Shown here piece after piece: positions 1 to 15,100 of a DNA stretch of 64,000 nt (its first letter is position 1; each line of letters starts with the position of its first letter). Source of the DNA: Schmidtea polychroa (lineage: Eukaryota); assembly GCA_044892525.1 (NCBI GenBank), contig CM097888.1:81840001-81904000 (forward strand), given 5' to 3'. A model generated the notes under the pieces. The model made no database searches, was not told the origin of the DNA, and was given only the letters and a program-made list of their open reading frames with translations. A program made the position numbers and the translations under genes.

Positions 1-104
1 AAATAAAAAGAGGAATATAAGACAAAAAATCCAGAAAGGAAATCTAAAAAGTTAAAAAGGGTAATAAAAAATCTTTAAATATAATATATTATAGAAATAT
101 AAAC

Positions 105-3100
105 CTCAAGAATTTCGTTTGGGCGAAGTTTTGATAAAACAAATTCTTGCTGATCATCATTCAGACCCCCTGCCTTCAAATCTATTGAGATTGATTCAAG
201 TTTTATGTAATTTGGATCCCGATAAGATAATTCATTCATATTGAATAAATCTCGATAAAATTTCAATTTTCTCTCTATGTCCAACAGATCTGCTATTTCC
301 AATAAGTCACGACANNNNNNNNNNNNNNNNNNNNNNNNNNNNNNNNNNNNNNNNNNNNNNNNNNNNNNNNNNNNNNNNNNNNNNNNNNNNNNNNNNNNNN
401 NNNNNNNNNNNNNNNNNNNNNNNNNNNNNNNNNNNNNNNNNNNNNNNNNNTAAGCCTTTTGCTGCAAATAATGTATTTAATGAAAGAATTTTCGACTATA
501 CGATAATCCTTGTCAATCTCCTGGAATTTAGCAATGTTCTTCTTCAAAATACCCTTCAATCTTTCTTTTATTTCCTTTCTCTTAATTCTCATTGGTTGTA
601 AATATAATGAATTGTTTTACTAAAAACTTTTAAAATTTTTTTATAATTTTTACATTTAAAATTCCAAAATGACACAAACTAAAAATTTTTAAATTTTTTT
701 ATACAGCTTCTATAATTAGCTTCTAGAAGCCTAATAAAATATTTCAAAATATTCAAAATAAAGTCTCCAATAACCACTTATATATGCTATTTAAATATTT
801 CAATAAATGTGTCAATTTTGATTTTCAAATCCTATTTTTTAACATTTTCTATATTATTATATTTTAATTATATTTTTTTATAATTTCTTTATATATTGTC
901 AGTTATTCTCAAGGTCAATGACAACAGATAAAATTCATGATTTCATTGATTTCTTCTTTAGTGTTGATCTTTGGCTGTCTGTTTATGATGAGAATTGCTT
1001 CTTTGAATCTGACATTTTTCTTTTGGATGTTTCCATTAGCTATGATTTCTATTGAAATATTTTTTCTTTCCTCTGTTGGCTGACACTGCCGGAGATGTCT
1101 GCTCAACGAGGATGCTCCACCAGGATCTAGATGTTCTTTAACTCTTTGATGCAAGGTCCTGAGGGCATTCCAATGTAGATTTCATTTCATACATTGCACG
1201 TGATGCAATAGATGATGTTTCTCAAATTCAATAAATTGAGGGATCCATCTTCCGGATATTCGATTTCAAACTTAATATCTCGGTGAGCCGCATTGAATGT
1301 ATGAAATATTTCCTCCGCTTCTTTTCTGCTTTTGGTCGTGAATCACGTGATGAAGATATCATCTACATATCTTGCATAGAAACCGATGGATTGTATGGTC
1401 CTCAGTGTCTGTCGCTCGAGGTTATCCATAAAGATGATTGCTAGCAGTCCTGATATGCTAGAACCCATGGGCAGACCCTTAACTTGTTTATAGATATTTT
1501 GCTCAAAGGTAAAATAGGTGTTCTCAAGGATAACAGTAAGTAGTTTGGTGATATTCTCGATATTCATTTCCTTTATTAACAAGTTGCTTTCTCTTAATTT
1601 CTTTTCTAAACATTGAATGATGAATATTGAATAGCCTCTTTTGGTTCGATAGATGTGTATATCACTATACATCACTATACACATCTATCGAACCAAAAGA
1701 GGCTATTCAATGTTTTCCATTATTTGCGTTCTGTAAAAGATCTATATAATGAATTAAACACAAATGACAATCGCTTGGAAGAATTAAAAGAAGACATTCG
1801 AATTATATTCAGCTCGCTTATGGATGTCAGTTTCTCAAGTTCTACATTTCTGACAGTCACTGATACCGTTGATTCAAATTTTACAACGCCTTCCGAATCT
1901 CTAGTATCTACAAATGATACAATTCAGAAAACATTTAAACCAAAACAAACTTANNNNNNNNNNNNNNNNNNNNNNNNNNNNNNNNNNNNNNNNNNNNNNN
2001 NNNNNNNNNNNNNNNNNNNNNNNNNNNNNNNNNNNNNNNNNNNNNNNNNNNNNNNNNNNNNNNNNNNNNNNNNNNNNNNNNNNNNNNNNNNNNNNNNNNN
2101 NNNNNNNNNNNNNNNNNNNNNNNNNNNNNNNNNNNNNNNNNNNNNNNNNNNNNNNNNNNNNNNNNNNNNNNNNNNNNNNNNNNNNNNNNNNNNNNNNNNN
2201 NNNNNNNNNNNNNNNNNNNNNNNNNNNNNNNNNNNNNNNNNNNNNNNNNNNNNNNNNNNNNNNNNNNNNNNNNNNNNTACAATATTGCCTTTATGGAAAA
2301 TAAAACAATATCACCATATTTTGTCGATGAAATTTATTCAAACAGACGCCAAACAGATTTGGTGGCTGGTTTCACTAAATTATGATAAATTAATATTAAT
2401 TGACATTTTGAAATGTTTGTGTAGTTAAACAATACAATAACGGTAAATACATCACCCTGAAAATATAGCTATTTATTTCCTTGTTAGAAATTTGTCTATT
2501 AAACTGCATATGNNNNNNNNNNNNNNNNNNNNNNNNNNNNNNNNNNNNNNNNNNNNNNNNNNNNNNNNNNNNNNNNNNNNNNNNNNNNNNNNNNNNNNNN
2601 NNNNNNNNNNNNNNNNNNNNNNNNNNNNNNNNNNNNNNNNNNNNNNNNNNNNNNNNNNNNNNNNNNNNNNNNNNNNNNNNNNNNNNNNNNNNNNNNNNNN
2701 NNNNNNNNNNNNNNNNNNNNNNNNTTGGACCCAGGGTGCTTAAATTTTGCATGTGACCCTCATTTGACTCGGGACAGGTCATAGGCTCTGTTTTTGAACC
2801 AGAAGGAAAAACCAAAAATATAGCTTTATCACAAGTAATATATAAATTATATGTACTTTTTTTTAATTAAATTTTTATGTATTTTTTAAATTATTTTTTT
2901 TAAATAAATGAACTGAAATAATTTTTTTTATTTTGAATCGGTTTACTATTTTTATATTATAATGCTAGTATATTATAAATGTATATTTGACTGGTATGTG
3001 CCAATAAATAATGAATCAGACTATGATTATATTAATATATTATTTTGTACTTGTTATATTAAATAAAATTACAAAAAAAAGAATTTGCGGTTCAGATTTT

Positions 3101-6100
3101 TTATTATTGAAACAAATTTCAAAATGGTACCCAATTCATTAATATTAGTTGCTTGATGAAGAGACAATGGGGACAAAAATGTTAGATTTCCAATAGAAAT
3201 ATCCAATATTACCAATGACGCTCAGAATTAAATATGATTCGACACCCCCTTCCCGAATAAACTTACATCACCATTCAGTAAAAGCTTACTCTAATTTCGT
3301 CATCCGGTCTCCGAGAGCAGCGATAACTGAAAACATACGGAATGTAATTTCTGTATGTTTATTAATATCAAGAGCCATTAGAATGAAGTCTGTTTGTTTT
3401 TCTGTTAAATTGCTGATCACTTGTGTTCGCTTAAGATTTCCAAGCGCAGTTCGACAGCCCTAAATTTTGAAAGCGTTCTAAATGAAATTAAACCGAATTG
3501 AGTCAAAGGAAACCTTATAATTGATGATACCATCCATATCATCGTGGTCTTCTATCGCAAAAAATCGAGCATATTTCTCCAAATTATTTGGATCAACCAA
3601 ACGATATGTTGACAAGAAATTAATTTTTGAATCTAGAAATAGCAATTAAATTGTAAAAAATGTGAAAATTTTCATAACTCTTTTCGTCTGTTGATTGAAA
3701 TTCTTGAAGGTTCGATTTTTCCATGACGATTTTCGCGTGATCTTTTAGTTGTTGGCCGAATCGCTTTTCAATGATTTTCACTCGTTGTCCAGGATTCACT
3801 GTTTTTTATGACAAATATGAATTATGATAACAGAATTATTGTATGTCATCAGGGGGTACCCATTTTGTACGATGTCTCTAATATATGTATGAAACGTTAG
3901 ATTTTGGTGTTTGGAATTATTCAAATTATCTTCCAAAAATATATTACGAATATAACGCGACAATTTTTAACATTTTATTTTTATTAAATTTTGGTTTAAA
4001 TTAATTAAATTTATTGTCATGAATATAACCTATGTATTACTTATAATTACCTAACCAAAGGCTTATCTGATTGAATTTCCGTTAATTTTAATTTTTTTAT
4101 ATATTTTTTCTAAATTCGGGGTCGCGTTATATTCTGCTTAATACGGTAGTTTATTTTCTATATCACAATATTACATTATCTGATTTTAAGTCATTCTTAA
4201 TGTCATCAATAGTATCCATATGATTTATTTTTATATCCTTTTCCATTTCTTTATCATCTAATGAATTTTCCAATAACAATAATTTAAAGGAACCTATTTT
4301 TGACCATTTTGAACCCACTCCCTCCTCATGTCACAAACTGTCACCAAGCTCGTACCCCTCCCCTAAAGTACGTCACACTTTCGACGAATTTTTTTTAATT
4401 AACACCAAATTAAAATTTATTCTAAATATAATATAATATTTCATAAATTTTACTAACCACCTGGAGGACTTAAACAGGTTGTTGGTCTTGAAATTGTTTT
4501 TTTATTTATTCATAAAAATCCCACCGGCCTGAAATAAATATAACCATTTACCTAACCCTCTAAACCCTAGGTTACTATTTCTAATCCGTCCGATACGCAT
4601 TTTATGCTTTTTTGACATAAACTAATTCAAATGTTTCACAAAATTTTGAAAATTATTTTTAAAGTTATAAATTCAACTAAAAAATAAAACTAAAATTTAA
4701 AAAAATAAATATGCACACATGGCCTGAACCCCCTTCCCTGTCACAAACCGTCACATTTTCTTACAGCCGCAATCCCCCCCCCCCCCCCCCTTGGAGAGTG
4801 ACGTAATTTATGGTGGGTCCCAAAGCTTTTACCAACATAAGAGATGTAAATCGCATAAAATCATTGTAAGTTCGAATACGTTTCATCTTCGAATCTAAAG
4901 ACTTCTAATGCTAATTTACTTGTAGTCACCATATTTGTTCAAGTAAAAATATATATTTTTTAGAGAAATATTTATTTATTAAATAAGTTTCTGGGTCTTA
5001 AAAATTTGTAAATCTGAGAATATTTAAACATCCTTATTTTGATAATCTTCTATTATTTACAGTGGCGGAACTTCAAAATTTGGGCCCCCCGCGCAATATA
5101 AAATATTTCCACTTAAATTTTTCGGTTAAAGTTTAATACATAGTTATTCACAGCAGCCGCTATTCAATGATAGTTTTATGTTTGTAGGCAAATATAAAAG
5201 TTTCAGAAAATGATTGTAAATATCTTTTTAGTAATAATTTTGGGCCCCCTATAGCTGGTGGGCTCCCGCAACGCAGGGTCCTGCGTCCACTAGTTACGCC
5301 ACTGATTATTTATTTATAGTTTTAAAATAAATTATTTAGAAAATATGAATTTAAATTCCAAATATTCTATCACGAAAAATAGATTAGTTCTGATATATTC
5401 AAACAAACATTTGGTATTAGTATAAAATGTTTTTTATATATTTTATAAAATTTTACATTAAATTAATGTGAAAATATTTTAATTTTTTTAAAAAAGATTT
5501 TATATAAAAGTGAAAAAACAGAGAGGAACATGCAGTGATCTTACTTTTCTCGTCTGAATTTTGAAATTCTCCTTTTTATTTAAAAGAATATTAAAATATA
5601 TTAATATATAAAGGAGGGATATGAAACTGTCATTAATAAAAAAAAATAATAAGTAAGAATTATTAAAGAGTGCAAATTAACCTTGGAGCGGGCGAGTAAA
5701 ATTTTTTACTACTTACCGTATTTTTATACAACAAACTTTTTCTGAATTTTTCTGAAATAGTTAATGAATGTGTCTATATAACAAATTAAATTTCATTAGA
5801 ATTATTCCAATATATTAGTATTTGCAAATAACTAAAATATAACTTCCAAAACAAAAACATTAAATGTTACAGAAAATATCTTAATTGGAAAAAACAAAAA
5901 TTTGTCCTAAATCTTACAATAGTGCGCCTATTCAAAGGTTAATTGTTTTCTAAAAGAATCCAACTGATAAAATAATATAATAAATTATCCAAATAATCTG
6001 GAGAAACCATTAATAATGAACTATTCCAAAATCAAATAATATTTATTATTAGAAGCTGCTAACACATCTTCTAAATTATTTTTTAAATCCGGTTCAAAAG

Positions 6101-9100
6101 TTAACGACATAATTCCAAGTATTCATTATATGACATATTGCATAATTTTAAACAAATTTTCAGCGTTGAATAAAATATTTTTAAAACCATTTATTAAAAT
6201 TTCAATATTTAAAATATATTTAATTAAAAATTCTTCATTAATAAAACTTCTTTTTTAAAAAGCTATTTTAATTTTTAATTCAAAAATTTCAATTTAAAAA
6301 ATCCAATTTAAAAATTATTTAAAAGTTATTTTAATAGTCAATTATTTACAATTTAAAATTATTTTGATAAATCATTGAAATATTTAATTTTCAGCTGAAA
6401 ACACCTCATAATTGTGTTGATTCAATTTATTATTTTACTGAAAGACTGGGACGAAGCTTGTATAAATGTGCGACTTTTAGTCCAGGATTTAAGGTAATTT
6501 ATTAAAATAAAATGAATGCACAATTAAGGAACATTTATTAATGATGAATTAAAAATATTAAATACCAAATATGACAACTATTGCATTAAAAAAAACCCTC
6601 ACTACTAACATGCCGCGTGTTAAATCCATAATTGGCAAGTTATTCTAACTTGTATAAGTATGCCGGGTGCTATCTAATATATAACTTGTTGATAAAACGT
6701 CAAACTTAGCAAAGATCACATAAAGTTCTATTTACGTCATTCCAGTGAAAATGCTTAATAAAAATATTTTTTATTTATTAAAAAGCTTAAAGACTATGAA
6801 TCAGTAAATGTATCGATGTTTTTGATATATTTACTGATTCATAGTCTTCAAGATTTTTAATAAACACAATGAAAAAAAAATCAGTGGCGAAATTGGAAAT
6901 AAAAAGTTCTTATAATATTTTTATGTTTATTAAATTTTTAAAAAATTAAATTGAATTAAATGTTTGTAATTTGCAAGTACATGTAACAGAGCACAATACC
7001 CATTATTCCTCAATAATTCCATCAATTTCTTTTATGCTTTTCACAGTTTTGACAAATGATGAGGGTAAAGGTCATAACCAAAAAGTCAACCCTATCACGA
7101 CAACTATCGAAATACACAAAATCTATTATGAGAAATTTATTTTTTGACTTTCTACTTACTTCTTTCATTGACAGTTTTAAAAAAGCAGTCAAAGAATTGT
7201 TGTCTTTGAAGACAAATTATCACGCTGATTGTTCATTTTATTCAAAAAAGTATGTACGTAATTGTTAATATTGTTAATATACCGTTTATACACAATTGGA
7301 TTTAAAAATTAATATGCAAAATCCTAATCTCTAAATTTAAAAGAAATATAGGGGAGTCTAGTTACCAAAGGGAAATCCATTGAAACACCATAACGAATTT
7401 ATATTTTATTATACATTTATTATTATAAAAATTACTACTACGAACCTGTATCAATATCTATATCACTATTTTCAGCTAGATCGGTTGTATGGGCATCGCT
7501 GCCATAGTCTTCTGCATTTTTTGTACCAACTTTTTTCTTATTGTAAACAACTTCAATGTTATCTCCAAACATTTCCTTAAATAAAAGTCATAAACAAAAA
7601 TAATAATCATGCCATACCTTTAATATTCGAAGCTGATCGGCTTTAGACAAATTAGGATCAATACCAAGTTTCAGCAAATCGTCTTTTGAAATGTTCTTCA
7701 AATCTATTTTTGTTTTACCAGCTTTGATTCTGATTTTTCCATCGGGCCCAATTTCAAAAATATCTCCATCATCGTCGTCTTCATCATTCTTTCCAGCTTT
7801 CTTTTTAACTTTCGTATTAATGACATTCCCATCCTTATCTATTAAGTCAACATGAAAAAATTTCATCAAGTAATTTCATTACCATATTCAATCTCAATTA
7901 CATTCCCATCTTTGTCTTTTTTAATTCGTTTGATAATATTTCCATCTTTATCCCGAATCTGTGCAATAAAAATTACCATCAAACTATTGAAATATGATTG
8001 TCTAACTCAGCGGTTCCCAATTTTTTCTGATTACGGCCCTCTTTGAAAATTCGATAAATTTTGTGACCCCCGAATTTTTAGGGTTTGGAATATTTATTTG
8101 CAATGCAGTAAATTCATGACGATAACTGTAGGTCTTAAATCAAATATTTAGTTTCATGTATACGTCTTCTAGGAAATGGCATTATTTCCAATCAAAACAG
8201 TACGAGAAGATTTATTAAAAAGCCTATTTATGGATGACAGAGGGTGGGGAATTATTTGACGTATTATAAAAAATTAAATTAAATTCCGAAATGATTTTTT
8301 AAAGTGGTTTAAAAATAAAATGCCTCTATATCTAGCTATATATCTAGCTATCCGTTTGTTGGGGTCCAATACCAAATCTTGTAGCTACTTATGAGATATT
8401 TCCATTAAGTCGATAACTAGCAATTGTATTTAACTTATGCTTGTTTTTATATTTCTTATTTGCCATAAATGGATATTTAAATTTTAATAATATTCAAACA
8501 AAACCCAAAAATAGTAAAGTTCTGCAATTTAGAAAATTTATGAACTTTTTTAATATTTATTCAAATAACGATAATTCTCGATGGGGAATTATTTCGGGAG
8601 GAGGGATTAATTCGAGTTTTAGAGTATATAATTTTACCGACGACGGGCTTATTTTATTTTGAAATATTTCATGGCCCTCCGCCAGTTTATGGGGTCTCTC
8701 TTTTTTAAAAGTTTGTTTTTTTCTTTGTTCTTTGAAAACCTATATGGATCAGGTTTGGAACCCCATATCTAACTTACTACTTCTAGCAGCGAGTCTTTAC
8801 TGCCTTTCCTGAGATTTTTCTTTTTTTTTCCATTTATATTTTCTCCATCACTATCGATATCAGCATCATCTTCAGCGAATTTAGCAAATTTTTTATCACT
8901 TGCTAACCTAATGTCAGGGTAAGTTTGGAATTGACGTGAATGCTAAAATTACTTTTTTTCAATGAGTTCTTTTTTTGCTTTCTCCAATTTTTCTATATAC
9001 ACTTCTTTTTTTCTAAACAATTTTCAAATTTTATAGTTAATTTTTGTTAATTTTTACTTTTCGTATTCATTTTTCATTTCTTCATACTTCTCACCATATT

Positions 9101-12100
9101 TTTCTTTTCTTTTTTGTTCTCGTTCAGTAGCTCTTTGCTCTCGATCGGCTAGATATTTGATTTTTTCCTCTTCAGTCATATTTTTCATCTTTTCTCGAAC
9201 GATTTCAGAATCAGTAGTAGCATCAGAAAAAACTGGTGAAAACTTTCGTTGCTTTTCAAATTTCTTATATCTAAAATTCATAAATTTGAAATCAAGTCGA
9301 AAATATAATTTTACTTTTCATGTAATTTCTTCATTTTTTTATATTTGGCTCCGTACTTTTCTTTTCGATTTTGTTCTCGTTCTTTTGCTCGTTCAGCTCG
9401 ATCTGCTAAATATCTTATTTTCTCTTCTTCTGTCATATTTTTCATCAGTTCATTTACAATATCTGAGTCGGTAGTTGCATCGGAAAATACTTTTGAAATC
9501 TTTCTGTCTTTTTTATTTGGATTAGGTACTTTGATTTTTCCACCTTTCCCATCACTAACTGTTATATAACTGGAACGAAGAATTTTAATAATTATATTTA
9601 TAATTTTCTCTTACCACTTTTTTTTTATTTTACATAATTGAAGTTAAATGACAACAAAAGACAACTGAACAATATTTTTTTAATTAAAAAAATCAACCAT
9701 AAAAAACATGGTTTTGTGAAACTCGCTTTATATTTAACTCTCTTAATTTCACTCAAAACTAAAATTGTTCATACTATTTTGCACTTTAAGTACCTGTTGG
9801 GACTAGCACAAAAATTTTCTTTATGTATAAAAGGAAGGCGTAACAAATATAGGAAAAATTAATAAAAGTGCAAAATTAATTAAAAAGTACTAAAACTCAA
9901 AAATCAATATTGAATGGGGGTATTGGGTATTGTTGAAAGCCAAATTGATAGACGAGTTCAGAAATTATAATTAAAATTTAATAAGGGGTTCACGAAGAAG
10001 TTAATGCCAAAAACAAATTAGGCAATGGGAAGCACAAGCCTACTGGTAACCCGAGCGCTGAAGGAAAATGCGCAGTGAGACCCGATAGATCAGATAAGAG
10101 AGAAAATATTCCCAGTGCCAATCTAAGATAAAGAAATTAAAATAATTTGGAAACCCCTAAATGTTTACCTAGCATTTTAGGGAGATAACTAATTGCAATT
10201 CTGTTAATAATTGCCCTCTCAGAAACAATATAAAAAGAGAGCTCAGAAACAGACAAGCCGCCAGTTGGTCGAAGAAACAAAGAGAAGCTCAGAGAATCAG
10301 GAATCAGTGATAGGAGCACGAAATATAATAATTGAAAAAAAGGTTTAAATTCTCGTTTAAATTCTCATTGGGTTATCTATGTTATCGAGAAATAATTATA
10401 TTGAGTGAAAGTTGCAAATATAGTCAAAAATTGTAATTTGATTGAAATTGAATAGTTATTATGTGTTGCATTTCGATTTATTTGTTTAAATTAGAACACG
10501 AGGAGTCAGAAAGAACCGAATTGAAAAATAAAACCCAGCAAAACTTATATAACATATTTTAGATATAGTTACGTTATCTCTTTAATTCGAAGTTAATAAA
10601 TAGATAAGAATTTATATTGAAATAAGGAAATCACACTAGATTTAAAATTAACTAACTTATTTTTAAATTAATTCACTTTCAGTGATCGGATCTATCTGAA
10701 ATTTTGAGAGCATGCAGTGTTCTCGACAACTGATCTACAAAAAATTTCAGTTCAATACGACCACATGAAGTAGGTTAATTTGACCTCACAAAATTTGGCT
10801 GGCAAATACAAACATACAAACATCAGCGAAGTAAAAGCATGAAATTTAATATCTAATCAGACATAATTCTATGGTGAAAATAGATATCAGATATTTAATC
10901 CATTAAATCAAGAAAAATAAAAAGGAAGAATATGAATTGCTGACAAAATGTAAGTAATTACTTTTTACTTTCAATTTTACACATTATTTAAATACATTAC
11001 GTTATTTTTTAAATAAAATATTCACCATTGGTCAAATATATTCAATTTCTTTTCTTTCATTTTCATATTATTGTATATCAATAAATTCAAAATAATAGTT
11101 AAATATTTAAGTACAATATTTAAAATTATAATTAAAAAAATACAAATAATAATTTACCTTGATTCAGAATCTGAAAAAATATAAAAAAATAAAATTCAAT
11201 CACAAAATATTAAAAAAATTAAACCAATTACAATTTAAAATTATTTTTGAAATAAAGATGGCAACGTATATTCCATGATTACCAAGAAATTACCAAATAG
11301 AATGATATTTATTAAATATAATACAAAATATTAAATAAAAATTGATGTTTATTCTACAATCTTTCTCATATTTGCTTTTAAAATCCACAAGAACTTTATT
11401 TCCTATAAATTCTCCAGTTTCATACGCTATTTGGAACTCTTCTAATATATATCTATGACTATCATTAGGGTACTCAGTACCATAGATTAAAAAAGCTGTA
11501 AAGAACATGAGCATAAAAATTCAAAAGAGTTAATTTTTTTCTCTTTGGATCTTAAAAAATCAGTAATAATTAAGTTTATATCCATCTTAAGCGCAATTTT
11601 GGGATAATTGACAGCATCAACTATCTGAAAAGATGAAATTGATGACCAAAGTTCGGAGAATATGTATAAGCAAATTAAAGTTCATTGTGACGATCGGTTT
11701 GTGGGATGACACTTTTTCGAGCCACACTTCGTCTTTTCCCTTAAATTCTTCCTTCAAACTGCTCAACTATGACACTTCGAATCTCAAAAAAATAGTGACC
11801 AAACCCCTTCTTCATTATCGGCGTATGCTTATTAGTTGCTGCTAATTGTTGCAGTAAAGGTAAAAATATAAGTAAAATATAAGTAAAATCTATATACAAA
11901 CTACCTACACGTGTTATAACTAATATTTGTGGAGTCAGATTTACGATTGTGTTAGTTCGAGTACCTACCCATTGAACCTAACATATAGACAATTTAAACA
12001 AATTAACATTTAATTTTTTTACTCTTTATATTTGTAAGCGATTAAAATCAGAATTAAATAATTTCAGTTAAAAAAAGTCAAATATTAAAATAAATAAAAA

Positions 12101-15100
12101 TACATGGCTATGATTTAATTATAAGAAAACGCCAATCAAACATTCTTTTCACGATATACTTTGACAGTTTTCCTGTCATCATCAGGTGGGATATAATAAC
12201 TATATAAATTAAGAATTTTAAACAAATTTATTAATTTTATTAATTATATAAAAAAATTTTTATTTAATAAAAACATTTTTAAAAATTATAATTTAAATAA
12301 TATATTATTTTTAATATTTTTTAACATTTATAATTTAATTTAATATTTTAAAAATTTTTTTATTAATTATTTAATTTAACAAACAACAATCAAAACATTA
12401 TTCAAATACATTATACAATACAATATACAAAAAATTATTTAAAAATATTTAAAACACAAGTATTCACTGCATTCTGCATATTAATATTCATATAGTTATT
12501 ATATCCCACCTGATGATGACAGGAAAACTATCGAAATATATCGTGAAAAGAATGTTTGATTGGCGTTTTCGTATTATTAAAATAAACTTGTATATTTTAT
12601 ATTTCATTTAAATTAATAGCATAATATAACGAGTTGTTTTTATTACGCTTTCTGAGTTTTGAATACCATAATTGAATTTGCAATTAAAATTTACGCTATA
12701 AATTACGTGTTATTATTTCAATTTAATAGCCAACAATTACCATACTTTTAGAATTTTTCTTACAAAAATTATTTTATTATATAAAAACCGTACAAATTTG
12801 TTACAAATTGTTATGTTTGATTTTTAATTTTTCTTTTAATATTTCTACAACTAAATATATTCCGATGTTTTTTGACCCGAGTCGTCTTATAATCATAGGA
12901 AATTCTTGCAGTTAATTTTATTTTTATTATAAAATATTATTTACTATTCATTCAAATATTCTCTATATTTTTTATAAATAATTCATAAAATTATTTTTAT
13001 TACAATTATTATCGAATAGAATTAAAAGAATTTAAAAGAATTTGATTAGGTCAGCGCTGGCGAACCTTTTTCAGATCGTGTGCCAATGTTTTAATTTTTA
13101 AAAACAAAAACATTCTCGCATGCCAATAATATTTTTTGGTTAATGTGCGTTATACTGTGCAATTAAAAACAAATTAAAATCCAATTAAAAGTGATATAAT
13201 TTAAATGACAAAACACTAATGGAAATAACAAAATTCTTATACAATTGTCTAAATAAGAACACATTTAATGTGATTTGGTGACTTGGTAAAATCAATGTGG
13301 TTTTTGCTTTTGTATTGCAGATGATAGAAGTTTAATATCTGGAGAATATTTTATTATTGGTACATTATCAGAAGTTACTGAGACTATTTTTTGTATATCC
13401 AAATCTTCTTTTAATTGATTTTCAATATTTGAATTCAATATTTGAATTCTCTCTTTTACTGTATTCCGACTAATTGGTAGATCTTTTATTCGCTGGAGAA
13501 TTTTGTCTTTATTTTGAAAATCTTTAAACAAATACGGTGCACATTCTAGCCAAGATTCTTTGATGTAATCACCATCACTGAAGGGCTTTCCATGCCTGGC
13601 TATTATTTTTGAAACTTCAAAACTTGGAGACACAAAGTTACATGTACTTTTAACAAACTTTACAAAAAAATCGGAAATTAAATTTACATATTTAACTGAC
13701 GCGATATATACTTTTTTGTTCATCTTAGCTTTTGGCAAGAAGCCACTTGTGATTACTTTCATAGTGACGTTTAACTGATGATTTTCGACAAACAACGCCT
13801 TCAGAACACATGGTACACAATGCCTTATTTTGGAAATCCCTGCCACTTCCTTCTTCTGAAAGTTTTGTTTTTTTCGGCTTTGAACACGACATTTTATTTT
13901 ACAAAATTATTATTATTAATTATTCAAATATTTATAAAATGAAAATTATCTTTTAATAATAATTATGTCATACAATACGGTGGCCGGGAAGTTTCAATGT
14001 TGGATATTATTTTTGTATAAGCTGTAGCAGTAAATTCTAGTTCTCGAATTGTAGAATTTAAAATATCTACTTTACAAAGTCGAAAATTTGAATTATAATT
14101 TTTGAGAACTGGAATATATAGAGTCGTATAGAGTCTATAGACGGTAGACTGTCGCGAGATCTCATTCAAATCCGCGTGATCTTATGCTACAAAATTACTC
14201 TCAACACCATCCTCATCTAGCGAAAGAATAATAGAAAATAATTTATAAATTCAATCATAAGTAATATTATATTCTGACATCTTCAATAGACCTATTGTCC
14301 GACTCGTAGTGAAAGGTGTGTAAAATATTTTTACAGTAAAATCATGCTGAAGTGCATAATTGCGATTTCAATGTTTTCAATTTACTAAACTTAACTCAAA
14401 TGTATTTTATCGCAAGAGCATAACGAGCCACGCAAAACCGTTTCGCGTGCCATGGGTTTGTCAGCGCTGGATTAGGTTGTTCTTAATCAATAATTCAACT
14501 ATTTAAATAAACTGGTACTGGTATAAATGTCAATAACAAAAATTATATTTGTTACTAATGTATAAAAAATAACATTAACTTTATAAAACGTGTTCTTTAA
14601 TTATAGTAACAAAAGTCATAAATTCATTTGTGAAAAAAAAAGTTTTATTTTGTAGGAATTTTGAATTGAAATTGCACGACCAGTCTAAATGACTGGTCTG
14701 GTAAATCTAGTGTTAAATGATTTTATTAAATTTAATAATTGAAGTTTTATTTATTGATTATGAAAAATAATATTTTTCGTTTTTAAAATGCTCGATATGT
14801 TGTAATTGTAATTCGAAAATTGTAATTGGTCAAAATTTTACACAGACAAAATATGCTGGCCAATCACAGATTTCTTGAACTTTGATCGCTCAAATATATA
14901 TATCATAGTTTTTTATATTATAACAAAATATATTATATTATATCATATTATTTATATTATTACAAAATTAGAATTTAACTATCTTATTTATTGTGTTATT
15001 AGGTTTTTATTTAAATAAATTCTTAAAAATTTGATATAAAGGAATGAAATTGTGGGAATAAGAACTTAATGAAAAAGATCGCGACATGAGTATGAAAAAT

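Noticed and set aside
293-2815. ORFs containing long X runs
   Set aside because: Created by assembly gaps.
4284-4822. Possible Kolobok-like MITE (CCATAAATTACGTCAC end, TGTCACAAAC repeats)
   Set aside because: Only one recognisable terminus and no TSD; probably TE debris, but boundaries are unsupported.
5940-6230. Coding-like stretch on the minus strand as a possible host exon
   Set aside because: Multiple in-frame stops; the host exon chain joins in phase without it.
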